A stretch of DNA of 45,815 nucleotides from Octopus bimaculoides (Eukaryota). Below the pieces are notes generated by a model. The model was not told the DNA's origin. It did not search any database and saw only the letters and a program-made list of their open reading frames with translations. The stretch lies in NCBI RefSeq assembly GCF_001194135.2, contig NC_068990.1, positions 11,649,601 through 11,695,415 of the forward strand, in the 5' to 3' direction. Shown here in pieces: positions 1-11,582 of the stretch (positions are counted from its first letter, which is position 1; every line of letters begins with the position of its first letter). Position numbers and translations under genes: made by a program.

Positions 1-17
1 TATATACAGGCCCAGGA

Positions 18-366
18 GTTAGGGCAGCGGACTCGCGGTCGTAGGATCGCGGTTTCGATTCCTAGACCGGGTGTTGTGAGTGTTTATTGAGCGAAAACAT
101 TTAAAGCTCCACGTGGCCCCGGCAGGGGGTGATTGCGAACCCTGCTGTAATTCTTTCACCACAACTTTCTCTCACTCTTTCTTCCTGTTTCTCTTGTACC
201 TGTTTTCCAAAGGGCCAGTCTTGTTACACTGTGTTACGCTGAATATCTCCGAGAACTACGTTAAGGGTACACGTGTCTGTGGAGTGCTCAGCCACTTCCA
301 CGTTAATTTCACGAGTAGGCTGTTCCGTTGATCGGATCAACTGGAACCCTCATCCTCGCAACCGAT
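18..366 (+). mobile_element. tRNA-derived SINE, head D, tail type 1 (5' truncated)
   Basis: B-box-like GGTTTCGATTCC at 51-62; head aligns with copies at 3517 and 9552; body diverges after about 110. Confidence 0.75.
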
Positions 367-554
367 ATTGTATTAATTCATTTATTTTATGCCTTTTCTT
401 CCTTATACGATAGATCAGAACGATAGTGACAAGGTGTGCGGGATAAATTTGACGACTCTACTAATTTAATAATTCTGACAATCATTTCTAACATGGTGCT
501 AGGTTATGAATGTGAAGGGTGTAATCAATATTCAATAATATTCAAAAAGATGAA

Positions 555-781
555 AGTCTTTCCCAAGCCATAAGTTCATAAAGCCAGTTTCACAATGTCT
601 GCCCCACCCTGGACAGAACGCTAGTCCCTCACAGGATTTCTCATTTTTGCTATCTCAGTGAACTGGAGCAGCGTGTAATGAAATGTTTTGGACACGAATG
701 CAATGCATTAGCCTATCCAGAAATCGAAATCACACCTTGCAATCATGGGTGTAACACCCTAGCCACTAAGCCACGTGCTTC
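555..781 (-). mobile_element. SINE head D, tail type 2 (diverged)
   Basis: Reverse complement matches 3517-3783 (GCACGTGGCTTAGTGGCTAGGGTG...GATTTCGATTTC...GCTCCAGTTCACTGAG). Confidence 0.75.
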
Positions 782-989
782 TGCAGTCAATAATCTTGTC
801 TCCAATAAATGACTGGGACTTTGTTGTATAGACTCCGGAAGAATAAAGGGTAACGTTGACCTTAGTAACATATGAACATAGACTGTGAAAGCTGTAACAG
901 AACACAGAACACGACAAATCATTTTGTCCTGTTATAACAAATAGTAATACTTCTACAGATAATGAGATGGTGATGGTGGTGGTGGTGGT

Positions 990-1960
990 NNNNNNNNNNN
1001 NNNNNNNNNNNNNNNNNNNNNNNNNNNNNNNNNNNNNNNNNNNNNNNNNNNNNNNNNNNNNNNNNNNNNNNNNNNNNNNNNNNNNNNNNNNNNNNNNNNN
1101 NNNNNNNNNNNNNNNNNNNNNNNNNNNNNNNNNNNNNNNNNNNNNNNNNNNNNNNNNNNNNNNNNNNNNNNNNNNNNNNNNNNNNNNNNNNNNNNNNNNN
1201 NNNNNNNNNNNNNNNNNNNNNNNNNNNNNNNNNNNNNNNNNNNNNNNNNNNNNNNNNNNNNNNNNNNNNNNNNNNNNNNNNNNNNNNNNNNNNNNNNNNN
1301 NNNNNNNNNNNNNNNNNNNNNNNNNNNNNNNNNNNNNNNNNNNNNNNNNNNNNNNNNNNNNNNNNNNNNNNNNNNNNNNNNNNNNNNNNNNNNNNNNNNN
1401 NNNNNNNNNNNNNNNNNNNNNNNNNNNNNNNNNNNNNNNNNNNNNNNNNNNNNNNNNNNNNNNNNNNNNNNNNNNNNNNNNNNNNNNNNNNNNNNNNNNN
1501 NNNNNNNNNNNNNNNNNNNNNNNNNNNNNNNNNNNNNNNNNNNNNNNNNNNNNNNNNNNNNNNNNNNNNNNNNNNNNNNNNNNNNNNNNNNNNNNNNNNN
1601 NNNNNNNNNNNNNNNNNNNNNNNNNNNNNNNNNNNNNNNNNNNNNNNNNNNNNNNNNNNNNNNNNNNNNNNNNNNNNNNNNNNNNNNNNNNNNNNNNNNN
1701 NNNNNNNNNNNNNNNNNNNNNNNNNNNNNNNNNNNNNNNNNNNNNNNNNNNNNNNNNNNNNNNNNNNNNNNNNNNNNNNNNNNNNNNNNNNNNNNNNNNN
1801 NNNNNNNNNNNNNNNNNNNNNNNNNNNNNNNNNNNNNNNNNNNNNNNNNNNNNNNNNNNNNNNNNNNNNNNNNNNNNNNNNNNNNNNNNNNNNNNNNNNN
1901 NNNNNNNNNNNNNNNNNNNNNNNNNNNNNNNNNNNNNNNNNNNNNNNNNNNNNNNNNNNN
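990..1960. other. Assembly gap
   Basis: N run between (GGT)n and (TA)n; source of the long X-containing ORFs. Other gaps: 19083-19578, 24955-25280, 27023-27068, 40237-40246. Confidence 1.
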
Positions 1961-2005
<45 letters not shown>

Positions 2006-2408
2006 ATGTATGTATGTATGTATGTATGTATATAAAAGAATGCAAGCCAACAAAAAATAACTCGATACATATCTTAGTAAAAAAAAAACACACCTAAAGT
2101 ATATTTGTATATTTGATAAAATGAACAGACAGATAAGTAGATGAGAAGACATGTAAGGAAAGAAAAGAAGCAGATAAGTAAAATAAAATCCTAGTAAGTT
2201 CCTTATAAATCGATATCTTTTCAAATCAAAGCTTTTTTACCTTTTCTTTTACTCAAATTGTTATTTCAGCTACATAATATTGACACTCGTATATACAAAT
2301 ATCTCTTGATATATACTTATATATTTATATGTAGCTGTGTATATGTGGTATTTATAAGGGATATATATATATATATTCATATATTCATGCATTCATACAT
2401 AAATACAT

Positions 2409-2417
2409 GTTTGTTTG

Positions 2418-2480
<63 letters not shown>

Positions 2481-2494
2481 AGATATATATGTGT

Positions 2495-2556
<62 letters not shown>

Positions 2557-2670
2557 TGATTGATTGATTGATTGATTGATTGACTGATTGATTGATTGAT
2601 AAAATGATAGATTGATAGACAGATGGACAGAAGGCGTAATAAACAGACAGACAAATAGATAGATATATAG
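2409..2670. repeat. Compound microsatellite (TA)n(GATA)n(GATT)n(GACA)n
   Basis: Directly visible. Confidence 0.95.
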
Positions 2671-3516
2671 ATAAATATGAACACATGTATATATGTAAAT
2701 TATTATATTTAAAGAATATTTTCAATTGTATGAAAATATGGATTTCTAATTTCTTTGTTAAATCAACACGTTTCTGGATAAGAATATAATTGATTCCATC
2801 AAACCAGAACGTATCTGGTGCTGATATTATCAAAATATAAAATCATACAGAACAGAAAGGGATATAATTAGGTATAGCAAGATAAATTACTATGAAACCC
2901 TTCTTTTTCTTCATACACACATTCATATTATATAACATGTATACCTTCATACATACATGAAAGCTGCTCCTTGATTTCAAGTAATGCCATTACTTTGTTG
3001 CTCCCTTATTGGTGATGCATTTTAGTCCTGCACAGATGTGATAATGATGGGCACCTCTTGTTGAAGGTGTTCAGAGTAATATCCACCCATGTTGATATAT
3101 GACTTCATTCCAGCACATAATTATTCATTGCGTGTTTTGCCTTTCTCAGCTAACCATAGTGAGCACCATATAAATGAAACATTGAAAATCAGGCAATGTC
3201 TGTGCTTGAAACTTCTTAAAGTGTTGAAAACCTTGCTCATGATAAATTCCATTAGCTAATCAATGTATGCGTTTGCTGAAGAGAAATGGTCAACAGGATT
3301 AGATGCAAACGATGTCACAAGTGTAATACCAGAGATTTCCTTCTATTTGAAAGGATATCTAAACAAAGCCTGGGGGTCTCTCACTACCAAATCTGTGACA
3401 ACCATTGACTGTAATGAGTTCATCCACTCTTTGGCAGGTTTTGTTTTTGTCTTGCAGGATTTCCAACGAAAACCACCTTCTTTTCGATAGGTTGAATTGT
3501 ACTATATGTTAACAAT

Positions 3517-3783
3517 GTGGAGGCGTGTGGCTTAGTGGTTAGGGTGTCAGCATCATGATCGTAAGATTGTGGTTTCGATTCCTGGACCGGGTGACGTGTT
3601 GTATTCTTGAGCAAAACACTTCATTTCACGTTGCTCCAGTCCACTAAGCTGGCAAAAATGAGTAACGCTGCGATGGACTGGCGTCCCGTCCAGCTGCGGA
3701 ACACATACGCCATTGAAACCGGGAAACTGGGCCCATGAGCCTGGATAGGCTTTAAAAGGGCGCATAAATAAATAAAATAAAAA
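3517..3783 (+). mobile_element. Full-length tRNA-derived SINE, head D, tail type 2, with TSD
   Basis: A box TGGCTTAGTGG, B box GGTTTCGATTCC, A-rich (TAAA)n tail, TSD ATATGTTAAC at 3504-3513 and 3784-3793. Confidence 0.9.
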
Positions 3784-4217
3784 ATATGTTAACTGTAGGA
3801 CTAAGAGATATCTACTTATGTGTATACAAGCAAGCTTAATAACTTAGATTTGCTCCAGACTGGTTGATACTAGAACTGGATATTTGATATATCTATGTTA
3901 TTTAGAATTCAAACTTTGTAAAGCATCCTCTTAGTGTTTCACCTTATTGAGAGCAAGGAAATATGTACAGCAATCGATATAATCAACAAAATCAATGTGT
4001 GATGCTCTTGCATTGCCTCACTCACACTTATCATTGAGTGAGAGAAGATATTCCAGCATTACCTTACTCAAATATATTATATATCAGGTGAGACATTCCA
4101 AAATTGCTTCAGTCAGATATATATTGAGTGAGGTGAGACTGGTTGTGAAATGCTGATGGGGAACAAACACAGACACGAAGATACACACACATAGATATAC
4201 ATACATGCATATACATA

Positions 4218-4775
4218 CATCATCATCATCATCATCGTTTAACGTCCGATTTCCATGCTAGCATGGGTTGGACGATTTGACTGAGGACTGGTGAACCAGA
4301 TGGCTACATCACGCTCCAATCTGATTTAGCAGAGTTTCTACAGCTGGATTCTCTTCTTAACGCCAACTACTCCAAGAGTGTAGTGGGTGCTTTTACGTGC
4401 CACCTGCACGAGGGTCAGTCAGACGATACTGGCAACGGCCACGCTCAAAATGGTGTATTTTACGTGTCACCTGCACAAATGAGCCAGTCCAGCGGCACTG
4501 GCAACGATCTCGCTCGAATGTCTTACACGTGCCACCAGCACAAGTGCCAGGAATTCGACGCTGGGCACAGGTGCCATCACAATTTCGCTTTCGTTTAGCA
4601 CCCCCCCACCCCCAACAAATATATATATTTATATACATGACGGGCTATTTTCATTTTCCGTCTACCAGATCCACTCGCAAGGTTTCGGCCGGCCCGACAC
4701 TACAGTAAAAGACACTTGCCCAAGGTGCCATGCAATGGGACTGAATCCGAAACATGAGGTTCAGAAGCAAGCCTC
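4218..4775 (-). mobile_element. SINE with head B and tail C ending in (GAT)n; internal ~66-bp tandem repeat
   Basis: 4638-4775 matches head B (CORE-like CACCTTGGGCAAGTGTC); 4218-4550 is a different tail ending CATGGAAATCGGACGTTAAACGATGATG; related copy at 41443-41715. Confidence 0.75.
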
Positions 4776-4776
4776 A

Positions 4777-4833
<57 letters not shown>

Positions 4834-5356
4834 CGTGTTCATAGTAGAAACGTGATTACTATACATGTATTGATATTTGCTGTGGTAGTAAGATAGTCTG
4901 TATGTGTTCGTGTGTTTATAGCCAAAATATAATATACCAATTATTCACAGTTGTGTAACTAGATATCCTTCCAATATGCCATTAATTCAAATCAGTGTCT
5001 CATCATTTCCCGATGTGTGAATATTTTCAACATCTGGAGTTAATAGACCATGGTTGGTATTGGATATTATTTCATCATTAATCTATTACTCTCATTGGTT
5101 CGTAGCCCCAAGTCAGTTCAAGTGTAACAGACATATGGTCAGATTGGAGAGTGTAAAGAGCATTCCATAGCAAATCTAGGCTAGACATTACCCAATGTGG
5201 TCTTCTCTGCTTTAAATGCGGTAGGGTGAATTTCACGGAATATATAACTGCTGCTTGTGTAAAATCTACTTGTCATCGTCGTCGTCGTCCTCCTCCTCCT
5301 CCTCCTCATCATCATCATCACTTCATAGCCTTTAATTATTATTTTTATTATTATTT

Positions 5357-5478
5357 GACTTTGCTTTTCATCCTTTTGGAGTCGATAAATTAAGTATCTG
5401 TTGGGTACTGGGTTTGATGTTATCGACTTAACCCCTGCCCCAAAATTTCAGGCCACGAACTTATAGTAGAAAGGATCA

Positions 5479-5480
<2 letters not shown>
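5357..5480 (+). mobile_element. SINE family A, 3' half
   Basis: GACTTTGCTTTTCATCCTTTTGGAGTCGATAAATTAAGTA...ATAGTAGAAAGGATC matches the other A copies. Confidence 0.85.
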
Positions 5481-5597
<117 letters not shown>

Positions 5598-6151
5598 GAG
5601 TGAGAGAGCAGTGCATGCCATCAAAATGACACTGGGGTAAAATATACGAAGCCCATCATACCCATCATAACTACCCGTCTGATAAGGGTACTCCAAGCAT
5701 ATGCATCACATCCGCATGTGCATGACATGGTGAGCTCATATCAAGATAAACAGCGCATAACCTTGCAGGTGGGGCCCAGTTAGAATTTTCTTCAGGTTGA
5801 GTGGCCCATCCCGCTTAAATGGTCCTTAGATAAGGGCTGTTTAAAGATGTTGATCGAAACACCCATGTTTCCGGAGGTGAATTATTCAAACTCCAAAGAA
5901 TTCTTCTCAGCACATGGCTATGATGCTCTCCCACTACTTCTGCTCATGATCAGAGATGCACATATCGTCAGCCACCAAGGGACATGCTCAACTGGTTAAG
6001 GTCAAACAACTGACAAGCAAATCTGTGGTATTGAGCAGAATACTTGCAGTAGCCCATCTTTTATACCAAGACAAAACAATGTACATGATAACACTTCCAA
6101 TCAGTTGAGATCAGAAGCCATGAGAGCCACTGCCTGGTATTGCATCAGGGC

Positions 6152-6152
<1 letters not shown>
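5598..6152. mobile_element. Putative non-autonomous element embedded in (TTA)n
   Basis: 555 bp of complex, GC-richer sequence with pure (TTA)n on both sides; no long ORF, TIR or clear A/B box; single copy in this window. Confidence 0.5.
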
Positions 6153-6217
<65 letters not shown>

Positions 6218-6875
6218 CGTTCAACTAATAAAATATCTTACAATCGAATCGCGCTCTTCGTCTTGACTGTTTACCTTTGTGAATAGTTACGTCAATCCTT
6301 TTTAAAGTATTATTATTGTTATTATTATTATTATCATTTCGCTGTTGTTGTCATTGTTGTTATTGTTTTTGTTGTTGTTGTTTTTGTTGTTGTCAGAAAC
6401 ATTCATCTTGAAGAAATCCCTCATCAACTTTCTCATGTTCCACTTGGGAAATAGGGAGAGGATTGAGAGGATAGCTGTTACTTTCCCAACTAATTTGTCA
6501 AGAGGTGCGTGATGATGGCAAAAACGGTTTTGGTGAATGGAATGGAAATATTCTTATCATGCACCTGTAGATTAGTGGACAATAATTAATCAAGAACCTG
6601 TACTTTTGGTGGCGAGGGCGCCCCTAGGTGTATGGTGGTTCCTTGATTGGCTCTAGTTAGATGTTTTCTTCTATCAGACAGACTTCATGTGTTCACGTAT
6701 TTTGCATACCCTGCATACGTTCTAGCTTATCATCCCCTCTTCTCTCGTCTTTCCCCTCATCTTTTTATGCAACCCCCTCTTCCTACAAATTAGATGGTGT
6801 TCATGTAATGTCTCCACTATCTGACGCCTTTGTGGTAAATAAAATAAAATTATCATTTTCGTTACCTTCGCCATC

Positions 6876-6903
6876 ATAATCATCGTCATCGTCGTTGTCG
6901 TTG

Positions 6904-6938
<35 letters not shown>

Positions 6939-6981
6939 GTCATTGCCATCTTCAACAGCATCATCATCATCATCATCATCA

Positions 6982-7020
<39 letters not shown>

Positions 7021-7040
7021 CATCATCATTATTATTATTC
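6876..7040. repeat. Compound (CAT)n/(TAT)n microsatellite
   Basis: Directly visible; abuts the 3' end of the LINE remnant. Confidence 0.95.
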
Positions 7041-8300
7041 CAAAGCTATTACCTGCTAATTTGATTAGAATCAATGTTTCCATTAGGTTTGGTGACAACA
7101 AGTCTCCTCAAATCTTAAGAATCATTCTTAAGATTCTTTGCAGAATACAGAATTGCACTTTCCTGTAGGTTGCCAATGCAAGTCTTACTTTCAGTATCCT
7201 TCAACTTCTGAAGCGGCAGATTGGATGCTGATGCCAAGAACAGAGAATTATTCTTTTCTTAGTCTTCCATAATCTCTGCAACCTTCTGGCTAGGTCCCGA
7301 TATTTTTCAATTCTTATATTTTCTTTTGGTATCATATTATCGTATGACATAGCAAAGTCGGTGATCTTACACTGTGTGTTTATTCTGTACACTATTACCA
7401 AATCTGATCTTCTTGCTTCAAGAGTATGGTCAGTCCTTATGGGGGAAGTCTCAGAAAATCTTGTACTTTTTCTGTATCACAGTTTCCAATTCGTGTTCCT
7501 ACTACTTTTGCGTTATTTCAAAGCCACACACACTCAGTTGACATACCAATGCACCAATGCGCTCTTTTACCTACAAAGTCACGTATGCGCTTATACTCTG
7601 CTAATGCATTCACTCAAAAGATGGTTAACACTTTCGTTTCCTTTGCTGCAGATTCCACATTTTTTTCTGATTTAGTCTATCTTTGCTTTTATCAGATTCA
7701 TCATAATGGCTTGTTCCTGAGTGGTTATAATTAGCACTTCAGTCTCTGGTTTCTAGTTCCCGTTGTCAGCTCTAACCAGCATGTATTACTTTCAACATTC
7801 TTGGTTTCTTGCATGAATTGAACATGTAATTCCATCTCTTTCCAACTACTTGCTCTACTATATTTCCTTCTGTTCTTGAATTCTTCTACTATTTCAGTAA
7901 TATTTTGGACATATCTAATCACTGACAATATTATTTTTTCATTGTGTACAACATAATTTTTAAACCCCGGTATCACAGCACTAACGCTATCTTCTATATT
8001 TTAGTAATCTTCAACCTTTTTCTTTCCATGGTTGTTATAGTCTGTCGGTATTATTTTAGGGTGATGTGCATTGTCAGCAGCTTTTGAGTTCTGTCTATGT
8101 TCTGTAGCTCGATCTTTGTCCATTCAGTAAGAAAGCAGTGTAACTTAATACTAGCATAATCCATGTATTTATCGCATTATTGATGTTCAATCCATTTAAC
8201 TTTGTTTCGAGCACTTTTCTGATTCTTCTATTGTACTCTTGGGAGATTTTCTCTCTAATTTCTCTTTCCATTATCCTTTCGCCTTACCATATCTATGCGT
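7041..8300 (-). mobile_element. Decayed 3' part of an R4/Dong-type RLE non-LTR retrotransposon
   Basis: Frameshifted minus-strand peptides: EYNRRIRKVLETKLNG..NAINTW (RT thumb), KPETEVLIITTQEQAI, zinc knuckle CGICSKGNESVNHLLSEC, RLE-like DMVIV..KITDFA..EKYRDLARRLQRLW, C-terminal NLQESAIL..RILR; 3' end runs into (AAT)n. Confidence 0.85.
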
Positions 8301-9027
8301 ATATATACTCCAACATTATTCCTCAATGATTGTCATCGTAGTCGTCATCACCATCATCATCATTATTGATTGCTGACATATTCGAGCATGTTTTCAGATT
8401 ATTCTTCAAAGAAATGGATTTTGTCAGAGACGAATTGTATAGGATATTTTTGCTTTTTCAATTTATACTCAAACAGACAGTTTCAAAGGAATTTGACAAT
8501 CTGGTAATACAGAACCCAGACGAAAAATAGTGTGATTGAAATATTTTCTTCTTGTCTACAGATATGTACAAAATGGATAAAAGAAATAGCAGAAATACCT
8601 CTCTCATAGAAAAAAGTAGGAAATGAAGACAACTATATATAACAAGTATATTGTACAACAAGACACATATTTTTTCTGTAAAGTTTCATGATAATCATAA
8701 TATATATCCTATAATAGTTTCCAGATAAATCTTGCAGACGTTCTGGGAAGCATCACCAGTAACGTTTCTGGGATTTTAGAGTGTTTCGGGTCTATAAAAT
8801 CTCATTTGCAGACTCGGGAAAAACGAACCTCCACCAAATAATCTGCCTATACATCTGTGCACACTTTTCAATGCTGTGTATGCCATGAGGTCTACAAATC
8901 TAACGGAGGCCTCAAACAAACATTTTAGGATCCACAAAGATCAGAACTTAATACTTATGTATTATCTATATTACATCCGACGTTTTTATAAATCATTTTG
9001 CCACACCTCTACTCTTCGTAAGTCCTA

Positions 9028-9424
9028 TTCTCTTTCTCTGTTTCTCTTTTACTTGTTTCAGTCATTTGACTGCGGCCATGCTGGAGCACCACCTTTAGTC
9101 GACAAATCGACCCCAGGACTTTTTCTTTGGAAGCCTAGTACTTACACTATCGATCTCTTTTGCCGAACCGCCAAGTTACGGGGACGTAAACACACCACCA
9201 TCGGTTGTCAAGCGATGTTGGGAGGGACAAACACAGACACACAAACATATACATATATACATATATACGACGAGCTTCTTTCAGTTTCCGTCTATCAAGT
9301 CCACTCACAAAGCTTTGGTCGGCCCGAGGCTATAATAGAAGACACTTGCCCAAGGTGCCACGCAGTGGGAATGAACCCGGAATCATGTGGTTGGTAAGCA
9401 AGCTATTTACCACACAGCCACTCG
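9028..9424 (-). mobile_element. SINE family B, full length (head, CORE-like part, internal microsatellite, tail B)
   Basis: Reverse complement of 42805-43243 along its whole length. Confidence 0.92.
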
Positions 9425-9489
9425 TATCATTTTTATTCTACGTAAGTAAAAAGTCCTTGGTGGCAATAATAAAAGGAAAGAAAATCATT

Positions 9490-9551
<62 letters not shown>

Positions 9552-9790
9552 GTGGAGGTGCGTGTAGCTAAATGGTTAGGCTTTTGCAATTATGATCGTA
9601 AATTTGGACAGAGTGATGTGCTGTATTCTTGAGCAAAACACTTCACTTTACGTTGCTCCAGTCTGTTCCTCTAGTAAATGGGAATAATCCTGTGACTGCC
9701 CCGTGTTCCGTTCAGAGGGAAATATAACACGGCCACAGTAACAGGGAGACCAACCTTATGAGCCTGAAGACTCTGAAAGAACCTTTGATA
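9552..9790 (+). mobile_element. SINE head D, tail type 2 (diverged), between (CTA)n tracts
   Basis: Shares TTCTTGAGCAAAACACTTCA..TT.ACGTTGCTCCAGTC with the 3517 copy. Confidence 0.75.
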
Positions 9791-9795
9791 CTTTT

Positions 9796-9839
<44 letters not shown>

Positions 9840-10358
9840 GTCTCGTGTCTGCATTAATCGTACACAACTTCGATTCGTAACTTTGGCCCTGATTTATTTT
9901 TTCAAACTTTTCCGATGGAATTCTAAGAATTTAAGTTTGTTAATAACATTTGGTAACAATCTAAGAAAAACAAAAGCAAAAGAAAAAGAGACGGATTTTA
10001 ATTAGGAAAGACAGTTATTTTCCACCGTCGTCTATTGTTCTCCGGCAATCTCCTCGTATAAAAATATCAGTAATTGTATTGGCATTTAAAGAAAGAAGGC
10101 CAGTAGGAGAAACAGCCATAACGGACATGGTCGACGTTGATCCGAGGATGTCGCTTCTTAAAAAATTTACTAATCAAAATGAAAATGTGATTCGAATGAA
10201 AATTTTTCAGAGAAATTTTGCTACAGCGTCATCCTTATCAACAACAATGCTGGCATAACAATGACACGATCAACTACAACCAAATTTTACTAACAGCAAC
10301 ATGCCAGGTTCCTGGTACGTTCAAATTTCAGATCTTTAAAGCTTGTAACTATTTTATC

Positions 10359-10710
10359 ATTAGTTCCGCCTTAACAAAGGCAGAGGTATTGTTTTCAGTC
10401 GTGTATGTTTGTCCACGGACAAGATATCTCAAGAGCCACTAGATGGATTCGGATGAAACTTTCAGGGATGTTTGGCCTTGTGACTGGCACGAACTGATTA
10501 GATTTTGGTACCGGTACGGACAAGGATTCTGCATCATTTTTCCGTTTATTTTTTGCTTAATTTTTGAGAGCAGTCAGGTTCATTTTTAGTACCGTGAGAG
10601 CAGTCGAGTTTATTTCAGATATTCTCATTTTAAAAATCATCTCCGGCTAATCGTTGAGAGGACATTGGTGTTGCCTTGGTGGATTTTTGCGCTTTCTGAG
10701 TGCTCTTGTT
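10359..10710 (+). mobile_element. Non-autonomous Helentron-like (HINE/DINE-1-type) element
   Basis: 5' palindrome CCGCCTT-AAC-AAAGGCAG, degenerate subterminal inverted match GCCTTGGTGGA near the 3' end, 3' stem-loop GCGCT..TGAGTGC, ends in TTGTT. Architecture match only. Confidence 0.55.
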
Positions 10711-11001
10711 AATAATTTCTTGAGAAGGCGATGGTTTGGCAGAATCGTCAGCACGCCTGACAAAATGCTTAGCTGCATTTCGTCCGTCTTTATGTTCTGA
10801 GTTCAAATTCTACCGAGGTCGACTTTATCTTTCATCCTTTCGGAGTCGATAAAATAAGTTGCAGTTGAACACTGGGGTCGATGTAATCGATTATCCCCCT
10901 CCCCCTACAATTTCAGGCCTTGTGTCTATAGTAGAACTGATCATTAACTTCTTGAGAAGGCAGTGAGCTGGCAGAATCGTTAGCACGCCGGGCGAAATAC
11001 T

Positions 11002-11582
11002 GGATCTTTTTTAAAACGGGGGGCCACATTTTTCATTAACGAAACACTTTGAAACTTGGAACACTGGTAGAATGTGTCATATAAAACATCTTTTTCTCTT
11101 AGTCTTCTTTAAAAAAAAAGAAATCCATAAGTTATTCCATGTTAAAGTTGTCGTATTTCTGTAATTTCAACCAATCACTGACGTCCATTCAGCCGATATA
11201 CATTAAGTGCCGACTACATAAACAAACGATTCTGAAACAATTAACCCTAACCCTAACCCTAACCGTAGGGTTAGGGTTAGGGTTAGGGTTAAAGCAAATT
11301 TAAAATGAAAAAAGCAAATAAAACGAAGGTATGGAGATTAAATACGCTTTACATCGCTTAATCAGCCAAAGGAGTAAATATAAACAACTGAATACTTGTC
11401 AGTGATTGGTTGAAATAATCGAAATGAGACAATTTTTTACATGAAATAAATTCGAATACAAAAATATTTTTCTGTTCTATAACACAAAATAGATAAGTAT
11501 ACGAAGTTTGAAAGTCTTTCGGTACCAAAAACACTACGTAAAACATTAATGAAAAATGTGGCCCCCGTTTTAAAAAAGATCC
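11002..11582. mobile_element. Fold-back MITE with 37-38 bp TIRs and central telomeric-repeat hairpin
   Basis: TIR GGATCTTTTTTAAAACGGGGG(G)CCACATTTTTCATTAA at 11002-11039 and 11546-11582; perfect 19-bp internal inverted pair 11164-11182/11398-11416. Confidence 0.9.
11241..11292. repeat. Inverted telomeric-type repeats TTAA(CCCTAA)3CC-GTAG-GG(TTAGGG)3TTAA
   Basis: Perfect 24-bp stem with 4-nt loop. Confidence 0.95.

Noticed and set aside
759-2224. Long ORFs of 376-444 aa (also 18953-19659, 24889-25332)
   Set aside because: Artefacts of N gaps and microsatellites.
2990-3490. Possible hAT transposase remnant (CTD..MMG, HIIIHC)
   Set aside because: Motifs are short, spread across frames, and lack TIRs or downstream RW motif support.
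3517-3590. tRNA gene (also other SINE heads)
   Set aside because: A and B boxes are present, but there is no complete cloverleaf and the head is followed by a SINE body, tail and TSD.
6110-6152. U1 snRNA-like start (TACCAGGCAGTGG) on the minus strand of the (TTA)n element
   Set aside because: Only about 11/13 nt similar and no further U1 structure; chance level.
11241-11292. Telomere fusion scar
   Set aside because: Orientation is (CCCTAA)n-(TTAGGG)n, opposite to a fusion, and it lies within a TIR element.
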